Positions 9,274 to 19,355 of a DNA stretch of 64,000 nt are shown here, in pieces (the first letter of the stretch is position 1; every line of letters begins with the position of its first letter). The DNA is from Thermoplasmatota archaeon (GTDB lineage Archaea; Thermoplasmatota; E2; DHVEG-1; B18-G2), in the NCBI GenBank assembly GCA_029259115.1, contig JAPDJO010000076.1:1-64000 (forward strand), in the 5' to 3' direction. The position numbers were made by a program, and so were the translations under genes. The notes beneath the pieces are model-generated. The model did not search any database. It saw only the letters and a list, made by a program, of their open reading frames with translations, and had not been told where the DNA came from.

Positions 9274-11757
9274 CTATGAAACCGAGGGTAGATTGTATCC
9301 ACCCAGCTTCAAACTCGGGTCCCCAAATAGAACCCACTGTTCCACTGTCTTAGCATGACCAGATTCTAGGTCACTCATATCGAACGTATTGACGTATTCT
9401 ACAACTGCGTGAGCAAATGCATCTCCTAATATATCATGACCTTTCTCTCCATACTGCCTAAAGAATTCTATAGTGATCCATCCATCTCCACCCGTAGATG
9501 TACATTCTCTTCCCATCCTTCCATATCCTAAGCCAGTGTTTCCAATTGTCGCAATAGCTCCTCTACCTGGCAGTTTCACCAAATACCACGAAAAACACTC
9601 CGGAACAGGCACTCCATAAGTCCACATCTTTGTATCCCTGCCAAGCAAATAGAGAGGGTAATGCATAAATGCAGGAATTGCCGATACATTGAATTGAGAA
9701 TTGTGACACCCTCCGATGACAATGACCGGAAGTTTGCCAAAATTCCTAAGCTTTTTCATTGGAAAAGGTCTTATAGGATTGAAAGAGACAACCTCTAGAC
9801 CTGTTACGCTTCCATGTCTTCTATTGCCCGGAACCCCAGGCAAGTGATCCGCCCATACATTTGGACTACCATGACCTGACATGAATACAAATCCCGCTCC
9901 CTCGCTTATAGCTCTTATAACGTCGCTCATGCTTCTAAACTTTCCATTGGATGTCCATAGCACTACTTTTTCGAAATCATCAGGCATGTAGTACAAAGCT
10001 CCACCTCTACCATTAAGCAATTTCTCTCCAGTTATCCACTCTCCTTCATAGTACATCTCTGTGTTATTTCTCCATGCAGAAAACACAATTTCATGATCTT
10101 CATTCTCTACCCATACATGTATGCTAGTTATATTCCCGTAAGGTCTAGGATCATAGCATTTTCCCCTTATATGCATTACACCTTTCTTGTATGTTACATT
10201 TGCCCAACCAGTAAACTGATTACAATATGCTTTATTCTCTCCTGGAGAAAAGAAAACATCGGTTTTACCAAGAATATCTCTGTTTGATGGAGATGTTATC
10301 TCTGCAACCGGTAAAGCAGGATAGGTTTTCACCTTTTTATGATCATCATGATTGAAAGTTATTTTAGATCTTTCTTTTCTGTCTATTTTCACAGTTACTC
10401 TATCTATATTTCCAGCTATTCCATCTTTGTTGATGGCCTGCGCATATATCGTGTAGGTCCCATCTGGAAGACCAGTCGTATTCCACTGTATATCTAAATC
10501 CTGCTGATCCAGAAAGCCATCCCCAGATATCACGATAATTCTCTTGAACCAATTGTAATTATTCTCGCTATTTTCGTACCTTATTATCTTGTTAATGACC
10601 GTTCTGAGTTCAAACAGATTTCTGCACGGCAATCTTCCAACTATGACATCTGGACAGAGATCTATGTCAGTATCGTTTTCTACGCCTGGTTTGCCCCATG
10701 CTGCAAATATTCCATCGTTATTTGTGTCCCATGAAGAAAAGTTACCATTTCCGTCATATATATCAGCATAATAGAGATCACTGATTACTCCAGGATCAAA
10801 TATCTTCTTTTCTCCAAGTGGATACTTTGGATGATCGTATAAGTTCGTATATCTGACAGGTAAATACCAATACTTAGATCCTTGATTTGGATCATCTCTA
10901 GGTTTAGCCCATATTTTGCTCTTCAAACCACCAACAAGAAGAACATAGGTTATGTTGTAATTCTCTTTAGCGTATTTTATGAAATATTTTATCTTCTCAG
11001 GTTTGTCTCTTCCTGGAAACTCTCTGTATATGTCTTCTGTTGTCTTCAGAAAAGTCTTTACACCAACTTTGTTTTTATGTTCAACCAACCTCTGCAGTTC
11101 CTTTGCAAAACATGAAGGAGCTATTATGACCATGTCATATTCGTTTTTGGAAGACAACTTTTTGACGTTTTTTGGAATTAGATAGGTTACAGTCACTTTA
11201 AATTTATCCGTATAAAGTAATTTTTTGCTTGCAGGAATGTATCGATAGGGATAGAGATATACAGAAAGGTGCTTGACTACAACATTCCTCTCATTCAGTC
11301 CACTTCTGACGTAAAACTTGAACCAACTTGATGGATAAGGTTTGTCACTTGTGTAGATATCATGGTCTTTGAAAGATTTTATGTGGATATCAGAATCATA
11401 TACCAAGGGTAGCATTGGAGCGGCTGGTTCTATATCTTTATCTAAGATCCTTTCTTTTGTTGATCCTACACTTATCTTCACGTTAATATCTCTTGCAGAG
11501 AATGGTAATTCTACATGTTTAACTATCATAGGAAGTTTAGGTTTTCCTCCTTCCGCAAGGTAAGAAATTTTTTCTTCATCATATTCGCTTACATCAAGTG
11601 ATGCGCATTTTCCAGCATTTATTACATTAATTCTTGGCACCTCAACATCGAAATTAACCATTTTTATCTCATATCTAATTTTGTCATTCTGGGTAGCCGT
11701 AGCAGTTACACTCATCATTAAAACAAGCATCACAACTATCGAAAACCCTCTCTTCAC
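9274..11757 (-). CDS. Secreted C25 (gingipain-like) cysteine peptidase with propeptide
   Basis: Signal peptide; propeptide-like GKPKLP; YVLLVGG, SDLYYAD, VGRLPCR, SGHGSP, GGCHNS, LFGDPSL. Confidence 0.85.
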   Translation of the reverse strand: MKRGFSIVVMLVLMMSVTATATQNDKIRYEIKMVNFDVEVPRINVINAGKCASLDVSEYDEEKISYLAEGGKPKLPMIVKHVELPFSARDINVKISVGSTKERILDKDIEPAAPMLPLVYDSDIHIKSFKDHDIYTSDKPYPSSWFKFYVRSGLNERNVVVKHLSVYLYPYRYIPASKKLLYTDKFKVTVTYLIPKNVKKLSSKNEYDMVIIAPSCFAKELQRLVEHKNKVGVKTFLKTTEDIYREFPGRDKPEKIKYFIKYAKENYNITYVLLVGGLKSKIWAKPRDDPNQGSKYWYLPVRYTNLYDHPKYPLGEKKIFDPGVISDLYYADIYDGNGNFSSWDTNNDGIFAAWGKPGVENDTDIDLCPDVIVGRLPCRNLFELRTVINKIIRYENSENNYNWFKRIIVISGDGFLDQQDLDIQWNTTGLPDGTYTIYAQAINKDGIAGNIDRVTVKIDRKERSKITFNHDDHKKVKTYPALPVAEITSPSNRDILGKTDVFFSPGENKAYCNQFTGWANVTYKKGVMHIRGKCYDPRPYGNITSIHVWVENEDHEIVFSAWRNNTEMYYEGEWITGEKLLNGRGGALYYMPDDFEKVVLWTSNGKFRSMSDVIRAISEGAGFVFMSGHGSPNVWADHLPGVPGNRRHGSVTGLEVVSFNPIRPFPMKKLRNFGKLPVIVIGGCHNSQFNVSAIPAFMHYPLYLLGRDTKMWTYGVPVPECFSWYLVKLPGRGAIATIGNTGLGYGRMGRECTSTGGDGWITIEFFRQYGEKGHDILGDAFAHAVVEYVNTFDMSDLESGHAKTVEQWVLFGDPSLKLGGYNLPSVS

Positions 11758-11882
11758 TTTATCACCAAATCTTTAAATGTTTAAAGATTTATAAAATTGA
11801 TGTATTTTATCAGGAATTGCTTAGTAAGATATAACTTTTTTACAAACGACCGAAAGGTATTTAGGGCATTGCATTTAGATAA

Positions 11883-12257
11883 TCAAATACATCTACATCT
11901 TGTCGGTATGAAACTACATAATGTCGGCATTACTGGGCAAAGAGTAGGTGTCATACAGCCAGTGGGTGCTGTATATGGTTTATAGAAGAAACGATAGTTG
12001 ATATTTTCAGACCCTGATAATTTAATCCATCTAATCTTCCATATTAATGACGAGAGTATCAAAACCCTCGACTTCAAATAAGAGAATTTTATATCCTCTT
12101 TGTGAAACAACGATTTTCCAGATTTTAATCTAATAGTAAAGAGAGGACTTTCCTCAGCTTTATCAGTACTATTGTTGCCAGAGACTATAGGTGTATTTTG
12201 AAGTGCTATTGTAATTAAAATCAAGACCATCCCAGCTGCAAGTATGATTCGTTTCAC
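11883..12257 (-). CDS. Small secreted Cys-rich precursor-like protein P1 (PLFxIR family)
   Basis: Signal-like N-terminus; ESPLFTIR...SYLKSRV..SSLIW pro-region; tail with 4 PTxC repeats and 5 Cys. Confidence 0.8.
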   Translation of the reverse strand: MKRIILAAGMVLILITIALQNTPIVSGNNSTDKAEESPLFTIRLKSGKSLFHKEDIKFSYLKSRVLILSSLIWKIRWIKLSGSENINYRFFYKPYTAPTGCMTPTLCPVMPTLCSFIPTRCRCI

Positions 12258-12304
12258 AATTATGGTTATATATAAAGATCTATAAAAATTTTATTATCAA
12301 CTCT

Positions 12305-13185
12305 GCTGTGTTGAATAATTCTTAAGTTCCTCCTCTGCATCCAGTATCATGGAGGGGATGGAATGCAGAGGAGGAACTGGAAGGATTATAACGAGAAATT
12401 AGTAAGAAGGGGAGAGGTTTATATATCTTTGGATTTCCTTGATAGCTGGGATGATGAGCTTGCAAAAATGAACAAAGGTAAGGTTGGTAAACCTTTTGTC
12501 TATCCTCAAACATTCATCTATTTCTCTTCTTTCATCTACATCGCTTTTCTACCATATCGACAGATAGAGGGATTCTTCAGAAAACTTTCAGAGTTTATAC
12601 CTAAATTAAAATCTGCAGATTACTCTACCCTCTGTAAAAGGTTGAAGAAATTGGACGTTAATCTTCCAGAAAATCTCGGGAAAGAGCAAAAGAAGAGGGA
12701 TTTCAAAAAGGTACATATTCTCGTCGATTTGCTATCCAAGAAAATAATCTACTGTTTGTTAACAAAAGGAACATCATCAGATTCAAAACAACTCAAAAAG
12801 ATGCTAAGGGGATGCAAAGGATGGACCAAGATAGAGATCATTTTGGGTGATACAGGCTATGATACAAGGGAATGCTTTGATGAAATCGATGAGTTTGGTG
12901 CGATTCCCGTAATAAAGGTAAGGAAAAATTCCTCCTCTTTATCAAGAGGTTCCCCAGTTAGGAGGAAAGCTGTTATTGCCCAAAAGCGTGACAATGAAAA
13001 ATGGAGGAGAGAAGTTCATTATACTATGGAGATGCGTGGTTGAAAGCATATTTTCAGGGGGTAAAACGCAGATTTGGAGAATACCTCTTTAGTGTTAAAG
13101 AGGTATTTAGGAGAGTTGAGGTATGGTTGAGAACATACTCTGGAATGTACTGATATATCTGAGGAGAGAATATATTACACAAAGT
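12305..13185 (+). mobile_element. IS5-family element remnant (transposase pseudogene from 12363)
   Basis: RNWKDYNEKLVRRGE N-terminus; KKVHILVD; GDTGYDT. The first catalytic Asp segment appears deleted. Frameshifted tail VESIFSG/RRFGEYL. Imperfect terminal IRs gctgtgttgaataa / atattacacaaagt. Confidence 0.8.
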
Positions 13186-13350
13186 ATATCAACTCGATAA
13201 ACTATTGTTATCAGAGTCAAAACTAATTTTTCCTAGAAAATACAGCGGAGAGTGGAGAGGGAAAGAGCTGCTGTGTATTGATAAAAAATAAATTGGAAAA
13301 GAGTATGGAATAGATATTTCCCATATCCGAGGTAAACCGATATTAGTGAA

Positions 13351-13656
13351 ATGATGCCACTATATAAATAATTAGAATAATGCAAGCAATCGAGAAAGAT
13401 AGATACAACTCCAGAAATAAAATATTTAGATAATGGATATAGAATTTTTTTATATAATCATGGCTAGAACTTAAACTGTCATATCTCAAGGAACCCAAAA
13501 TGGAAATTTTGTGAGCGATGCAGGATGCTTGGTCGTCAAATCTTTACCGCATGTTCAGAATGTTCAGTCAGCAGACCATGTAACATGATTGTAACGCGGA
13601 TGTCCGTATGCACGAATCACTTTCGTACACATGATAAGTATATAAAAAATCAATAA
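13351..13656 (+). pseudogene. Decayed copy P2 of the PLFxIR Cys-rich precursor family
   Basis: Manual translation: MMPLYK/(shift)IRIMQAIEK/(shift)IDTTPEIKYLDNGYRIFLYNHG*NLNCHISRNPKWKFCERCRMLGRQIFTACSECSVSRPCNMIVTRMSVCTNHFRTHDKYIKNQ*. Confidence 0.7.
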
Positions 13657-13691
13657 CAGTTATATGTGCTAAAGAGATTTATAATTTCAAA

Positions 13692-16181
13692 ATGGATATC
13701 GAGAAATTGTATCATGCGATTAATATTGCAATACTGTTTGTTGTGATATCAATCGCAGGCAATATGGTAGGTTTTTTAGGCAAACCATTATCTTCCTTTT
13801 ATATTTCTATTTCTGTACTTACTCTATCTTTTTTGAATCTATATAGGGATCGAAAAAATACAAAATTTCCTAAATCCTATAAAGAAACCAAATTAATCAC
13901 AGGATACCTTTTGATTATACTTTCTCTAATTCTAGCATTTAGCTACAATTTTAATCATCTTTACCCTGTCATATCTATCCCTATTCTATTCATAGGTCTA
14001 GACATTATTGGAAAAACAAAAGTAGAAACTGATGTAATGGTGGTATCTTCAACTCTATGTATACTTCTTCTAATTCTTTTAGACACAAATTCAATAGCTT
14101 GGTTTATAGTAAATGATTTTTCCAAAAACATATCAATCTCGGTCACATCACTTACAGGTAGATACTATATCCTTGGATATTCATCAAGCGGATTCTTTAT
14201 GTTTATCCTTTCGCTTTCAATCGCTCTTGTAATAATACTATTCTCAAAAAGATTAAAGCAATTCTTCATTTACCCACTTTTGCTACTTCTGATCTGGATC
14301 ACATATATACTTACCTTGGGTGTAATAAATTTCGATACAAACGGTGATACTGTTAGATTCTTACCAATTCTATGCTTAGCCTTCGCATCTATCTTAGCAT
14401 TTCAGATTTATAAGAGTGAATTGAGAAAACAAAAGAAAAAAAGACCAAAATTCATCATTAATTTCATCATCTTCTTATTAATATCAACTTCGGTACTCAT
14501 GCTCATTATTTCACCATGTCAAATTAAACCAACTAAAAGAGAAAGAATACTCTTTTATGGGGAAAATATGCTGGGGACATGGGATACCCCAGAATATGGA
14601 AAGTATGGTAGGCTTGCACCTGGTATGTTTGGTCTGCTGCCTTACTATCTGAAAATTTATGGCTATAACTGCACAATTTTTACAAAAAATATCACGAAAT
14701 TTGTAGAAAGAAATCAACCAACATATGAAAATCTAACCAGATATGTCAACCTGACAGAATTTGTAAATTTTATAGAGGATGAAAGAGTAACAGAGGATAT
14801 TCTTAAAAAATTCGATGTTTTTGTTGTAATAAACCTTAATACCACATTCTCAAACGAGGAAAAAAAAGCGATATGGAAATTTGTTGAGGATGGTGGATCT
14901 CTTCTTGTTTTAGGAGATCACACTGGCATGGATAATCTCATGACATCTTTGAATAATCTCCTTGAGGGTAAGGGTATAGCCTTTAGATTCGATTCAGCCT
15001 TACCTTTAGATCCAGCAAATAGCTGGTTGACCTGTTACAATAAGATGAATAATCCAGTAAATTTCGGAATATCAAATGAGGAAATAGAAATAAGCATAGG
15101 TGCATCCTTGAACATAACTCCTCCAGCATTCCCAGTAATAGTTGGTGATTTTGCATTTTCAGATTACGGTGATGTTACAAATGTCGAAAATGCATATTTA
15201 GGAGATTACAAGTATGGTAAAGGAGAATTGCTTGGAAATGTGGTATTGGTTGCAGGACGATATTATGGTAAGGGGAGAGTTCTAGTTTTTGGTGACACAA
15301 CAACATTTCAAAATCCGTCTCTTTCCCTATCACATAGATTTGTATCAAGAATTTTTAGTTGGCTAGCGAATGGCAATAGTTGGGAGATAGATGTTGCAAA
15401 GCAGGTATTATCCTTTGTATTACTCATCTTTGCCGCAATTTTACTCTCTAAGAATCAGGATTTCAAATTACTCCCATTTGCATTGTTACTTGCTATAATC
15501 CTCTCTATCTTCATTAATTCTCAGCTGATAAAAGATGCTGAGCCTGAAGGTCCTTTGATGTATATAGATACAACGCATGTCAATGGATTCTCGATCTCTC
15601 CTTTTAATACAAAATCTCTAACTGGAACAATAATAAACTTTGCAAGAAACGGTTACCTGCCTTTGATTTCAGAAGATTTTAGTTACAGCAGAATTAACAA
15701 ATCATCGATACTTCTAATTGTTGCTCCAAATGAACCATTTTCTGATGAAGAAGTCAAAGATATGATGAGATTCATGGAAAGCGGTGGATTGATCATACTT
15801 AGTTCTGGATATCAATGTAGAGATTGTGTAATACCTCTGTTAAATAAGTTTAAATTAGATATAGACAACATTCCTTTAGGTCCAGCCCCTTACGTTGAGG
15901 AAAATCCAGAGGAGCACCAGATGGAGCCAAAATTTGTCGATGCCTGGCCGATATTGGTAATGAACAAAACAGCTGTATCATACTACGATCTTTACATCGA
16001 AAACCAGACATATACTCTAGCAGTTTTTATAAAGCATGGAAAAGGAGGGCTAATACTAATAGCGGATAACGAATTCTTCTTAGACAAAAATATAGAATCG
16101 ATAAACTCGATTTGGCCTGGAAATATCCAGTTTATTAAAAATATGATCGATGATGTTAGGGAGAGAGGTGTTTTAAGATGA
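13692..16181 (+). CDS. Polytopic membrane protein A: TM bundle + two GIFT/DUF4350 (GATase-like fold) domains
   Basis: Multiple N-terminal TM helices; FSNEEKKAIWKFVEDGGSLLVLGDHT and YGKGRVLVFGD; 2 TMs; second domain FSDEEVKDMMRFMESGG...HGKGGLILIAD. Confidence 0.75.
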   Translation: MDIEKLYHAINIAILFVVISIAGNMVGFLGKPLSSFYISISVLTLSFLNLYRDRKNTKFPKSYKETKLITGYLLIILSLILAFSYNFNHLYPVISIPILFIGLDIIGKTKVETDVMVVSSTLCILLLILLDTNSIAWFIVNDFSKNISISVTSLTGRYYILGYSSSGFFMFILSLSIALVIILFSKRLKQFFIYPLLLLLIWITYILTLGVINFDTNGDTVRFLPILCLAFASILAFQIYKSELRKQKKKRPKFIINFIIFLLISTSVLMLIISPCQIKPTKRERILFYGENMLGTWDTPEYGKYGRLAPGMFGLLPYYLKIYGYNCTIFTKNITKFVERNQPTYENLTRYVNLTEFVNFIEDERVTEDILKKFDVFVVINLNTTFSNEEKKAIWKFVEDGGSLLVLGDHTGMDNLMTSLNNLLEGKGIAFRFDSALPLDPANSWLTCYNKMNNPVNFGISNEEIEISIGASLNITPPAFPVIVGDFAFSDYGDVTNVENAYLGDYKYGKGELLGNVVLVAGRYYGKGRVLVFGDTTTFQNPSLSLSHRFVSRIFSWLANGNSWEIDVAKQVLSFVLLIFAAILLSKNQDFKLLPFALLLAIILSIFINSQLIKDAEPEGPLMYIDTTHVNGFSISPFNTKSLTGTIINFARNGYLPLISEDFSYSRINKSSILLIVAPNEPFSDEEVKDMMRFMESGGLIILSSGYQCRDCVIPLLNKFKLDIDNIPLGPAPYVEENPEEHQMEPKFVDAWPILVMNKTAVSYYDLYIENQTYTLAVFIKHGKGGLILIADNEFFLDKNIESINSIWPGNIQFIKNMIDDVRERGVLR

Positions 16182-18643
16182 AAAAATCTCTTCTCTGGTT
16201 AGCTGCGATATTAATTTCATTTTCTCCACTTTATTTATTATATGTAAATGAACCCCCAAATGTAGAGATTGGGCTTTTTACGGTATTTGTGGCGACATTT
16301 CTTCTTATATTTTCCGATTATAGATTCGAAATGGGTAGTAAAACATCAATTTTCCTTCTAATTCCTTCACTCATCGTAGTTTTCCTACTCGACTTTCCCT
16401 TCAACATAGGCTTTATAATGCTATCAATAGCTATCATTCTAAATATAGCGTTATCTTATGTTGGTATACTTGAGAAAATACAGAAACTAGTCAGTGGCAT
16501 TTTTCTCAGCGGCATTTTACTACTAATCGTGTATGCCTTTTATCCGCTATATTCTGTGATATTCTCTCGCTACCATAGAGTCGACATTTTGAATAATCTC
16601 TTTTCTGGATTGCTTCATCTTTTCGGAATCCAATCAAGCGTTAATAATAATCTAATTTACATCCAAACGTATAACCAAACCTTCCCCTTTACAGTGACAT
16701 GGGAGAAATTATGCATCCTCATCTGGTTAAATCTTTTCTTAATATTTTTATTCATCTCCTTTCTATCGTTCAACAAAAAGAGATTTCTCAGAAATCTTGG
16801 GATATTCATCCTGATAGCTTTGTTTTACTCAGTATTCAGACTTCTCCTCACTACGATAATTTACTCCCAAAACTCCAAACTAAGTACATTCTGGGATACA
16901 AACCTAGCCCTTTTAACCTTTATACCTCTCTTCATCCCCCTTTCTTTACTTATAAAAACTAATGAGGTAAAAATCGATATGTCTTTCGGAAAGATCAATA
17001 AAAAAACATCTGTAACCATGTTGACACTCTTCCTATCGATATTCTTCCTAATAGGATCAATAGCTTTTGAAGATCCTGGAATAAGGAAATCTGGAAAAAT
17101 TCTCATAGATGAGGTTCATAGCGATTGGGAGGATACAACAAGAGAGATGGATAAAGAATGGTATGGTATGCTGTCAACCTACAATTACTACTGTTGGGCC
17201 AAGTGGTTGGATGTTTACTATGATGTTGATATAAACACCAACAGAAGCTTGACTTATGACTTGCTGAAGAATTACGATATTTTAATAATAAAATGCCCTA
17301 CTAGTCTATTTTCAGATAAAGAAATTGATGCCATTCTTAGATTTGTGAAGGAGGGCGGCGGACTCTATCTTATAGGTGATCACACCAACGTATTTGGAAT
17401 GAATTTTTACTTAAATCAAATCTCGAAAAAATTAGGAATAGAATTTAAGACGGACGCAACATATGAGCTGAACACAGGATCATTATCTGTATATAAACCC
17501 CCTTCTTTATTTGCACATCCGATTGTTAAAAATATTAATAAATTCGAATTTCAAACATCTTGCTCATTAAATGCACCTCTGTTTTCAGAGAACGTCATAA
17601 TAGGCTATGGTTTACTTGGTGAGCCTGGGACCTATTCAACAGAAAATTTCTTTAGAGAACCACTCTCTTCACCAGATGTAGAATATGGGTTACTTCTCCA
17701 GACAGTAGCTCTCCAGTATGGTAAAGGAAGAGTGGTTGCGTTTACAGATAGTACATGTTTTTCTAACTTCTGCGTATTTATGGATGGATACAGAGAATTT
17801 AACCTTGGAGTTATAGAATATCTCAATAGGATAAACGCCTACAACTACGTCAACACCCTGTTTGTGATAGCTTTTATCATTCTCCTTATAGTCTCGATAA
17901 TCTTTATCAAGGAGGAAAAAGTGGGGAAAATAGTATCTATCTTCTTTTTCTCTACATCGATCGCGTTTGCAACATCGGCACCCCTTTTTGATTACATTAA
18001 CTCAATTAACTACGAGCTGCCAAGCATAGAAGAGCACCCAATGGTATGTTTTGATATGGAACATTCAGGAATAGAAATATCTCCATATGCCCATATGGAA
18101 CTCCACGATCCTGCGGATGTGTATAACACATTCTTTGTATGGACTCAAAGAGTTGGATGGATGCCCTCGGTGGAGAAAACGATAGAGAAATCTATTGAAA
18201 AGGGAGATGCTATAATTATCATAAATCCAAACAAATCATTCAGCGATGGAGAAATTGAAAAGATTAGAAAATATGTCGAGGAAGGAGGAAGATTATTAGT
18301 TTTAGACTCCATAAGAAATAAGGATTCCACTGCAAATCAAATTTTAAATACATTTAACATGGAGTTATCCACGGAAACATCGAACTTATCTCTGAGATGT
18401 GATAACTCTAGTATAGGGAATATCACGATTCCATATCTCTCAATCATCGGTGGGGACGTTAATTTTTCCTTCAATAACAACACCTATATTTCTATTAAGG
18501 AGTTTGGAGAAGGAAAAATCGTGGCAATAGTTGATTCCTATACGTTTAGCGATGAGGTTATGGGGGATGTCTTTACTGAGCCAGATGAGAAACTCAGAGC
18601 AATATATGATGTAGAATATTACATACTCGAAGCTTCTAATTAA
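16178..18643 (+). CDS. Polytopic membrane protein B: exosortase-like TM region + two GIFT/DUF4350 domains (paralog of A)
   Basis: ATGA overlap with A; LLHLFGI..NNLIYI..FTVTWEKLC..YSVFR; ILIDEVHSDWE, FVKEGGGLYLIGDHT, YGKGRVVAFTD; second domain YVEEGGRLLVLD..FGEGKIVAIVD. Confidence 0.75.
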   Translation: MKKSLLWLAAILISFSPLYLLYVNEPPNVEIGLFTVFVATFLLIFSDYRFEMGSKTSIFLLIPSLIVVFLLDFPFNIGFIMLSIAIILNIALSYVGILEKIQKLVSGIFLSGILLLIVYAFYPLYSVIFSRYHRVDILNNLFSGLLHLFGIQSSVNNNLIYIQTYNQTFPFTVTWEKLCILIWLNLFLIFLFISFLSFNKKRFLRNLGIFILIALFYSVFRLLLTTIIYSQNSKLSTFWDTNLALLTFIPLFIPLSLLIKTNEVKIDMSFGKINKKTSVTMLTLFLSIFFLIGSIAFEDPGIRKSGKILIDEVHSDWEDTTREMDKEWYGMLSTYNYYCWAKWLDVYYDVDINTNRSLTYDLLKNYDILIIKCPTSLFSDKEIDAILRFVKEGGGLYLIGDHTNVFGMNFYLNQISKKLGIEFKTDATYELNTGSLSVYKPPSLFAHPIVKNINKFEFQTSCSLNAPLFSENVIIGYGLLGEPGTYSTENFFREPLSSPDVEYGLLLQTVALQYGKGRVVAFTDSTCFSNFCVFMDGYREFNLGVIEYLNRINAYNYVNTLFVIAFIILLIVSIIFIKEEKVGKIVSIFFFSTSIAFATSAPLFDYINSINYELPSIEEHPMVCFDMEHSGIEISPYAHMELHDPADVYNTFFVWTQRVGWMPSVEKTIEKSIEKGDAIIIINPNKSFSDGEIEKIRKYVEEGGRLLVLDSIRNKDSTANQILNTFNMELSTETSNLSLRCDNSSIGNITIPYLSIIGGDVNFSFNNNTYISIKEFGEGKIVAIVDSYTFSDEVMGDVFTEPDEKLRAIYDVEYYILEASN

Positions 18644-18667
18644 TTATAACTAAAAGTGAATGCTGTA

Positions 18668-18922
18668 AGAATGAGTCTTTGATCTTAGTAGATAGAGGAC
18701 CCTGGTATAAATGAGCTCTATAGAGATTGGGATTGAGATACGTTCGTCAAACCCTTGGAGAAAGGAGTGTTATAGAACAATGGTGTAGTCTGTTCAAAGC
18801 TAGAGTAAAACGATTCTGGAAAAGATTTCCATATCACAGCTTACTGGATAGTATTAAAACTTGGACAATAGTGTGGTGTGCCATCTATAATCTATGCTGG
18901 AGGTGGGAAAGTTGACAGTGTC
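18668..18922 (+). mobile_element. IS6-family transposase remnant (3' part) with right end
   Basis: ILVDRGPWYK*AL*RLGLRYVRQTLGERSVIEQWCSLFKARVKRFWKRFP with internal stops; ends in gttgacagtgtc, similar to IS6 TTGACAGTGCC. Confidence 0.8.
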
Positions 18923-18972
18923 AGCAAAAGTGAGATAAAATTTTATATATGAGAGAATATATACTCTTATTG

Positions 18973-19347
18973 ATGGTTAAAAGGAGAGTTGGCATAGTCG
19001 TATTATCAATTCTTCTGGTGATATTATCCTACCATACTTTGATAACTCCAGTCAGTACAACGAGAGCCATTTTACATAAAGGTAACCAACCACATCCGCT
19101 TTTCAAAATAAGAGCATACACTGCTGCAGAAAAAAATCTCCCAGAAATAGATGCAAAATATCTAAATAAGATCTCTATCATTTCGTCGTTAATATGGCTA
19201 AGCCATCAGAAGTTCACTCACAATCAAAAACATGCTACATTAGTACCACCTACGTGTAACTGTAAAACAGGTCCTATAAGTTGCTTCTGCTGTATTCTCG
19301 GCACAACTTTAGCCTGCTTCCGCCATACGGTTTGGTGCAACATGTAG
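18973..19347 (+). CDS. Small secreted Cys-rich precursor-like protein P3 (PLFxIR family)
   Basis: Likely start at 18973, just after a TATA-like box (track start 18949); hydrophobic helix; HPLFKIR...KYLNKISIISSLIW; tail with 7 Cys. Confidence 0.8.
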   Translation: MVKRRVGIVVLSILLVILSYHTLITPVSTTRAILHKGNQPHPLFKIRAYTAAEKNLPEIDAKYLNKISIISSLIWLSHQKFTHNQKHATLVPPTCNCKTGPISCFCCILGTTLACFRHTVWCNM

Positions 19348-19355
19348 AAACAATG

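Noticed and set aside
13465-13467. In-frame TAG in P2 as possible pyrrolysine read-through
   Set aside because: The same gene has two frameshifts and no intact N-terminus, and no pyl genes are in the window. Decay is the simpler explanation.
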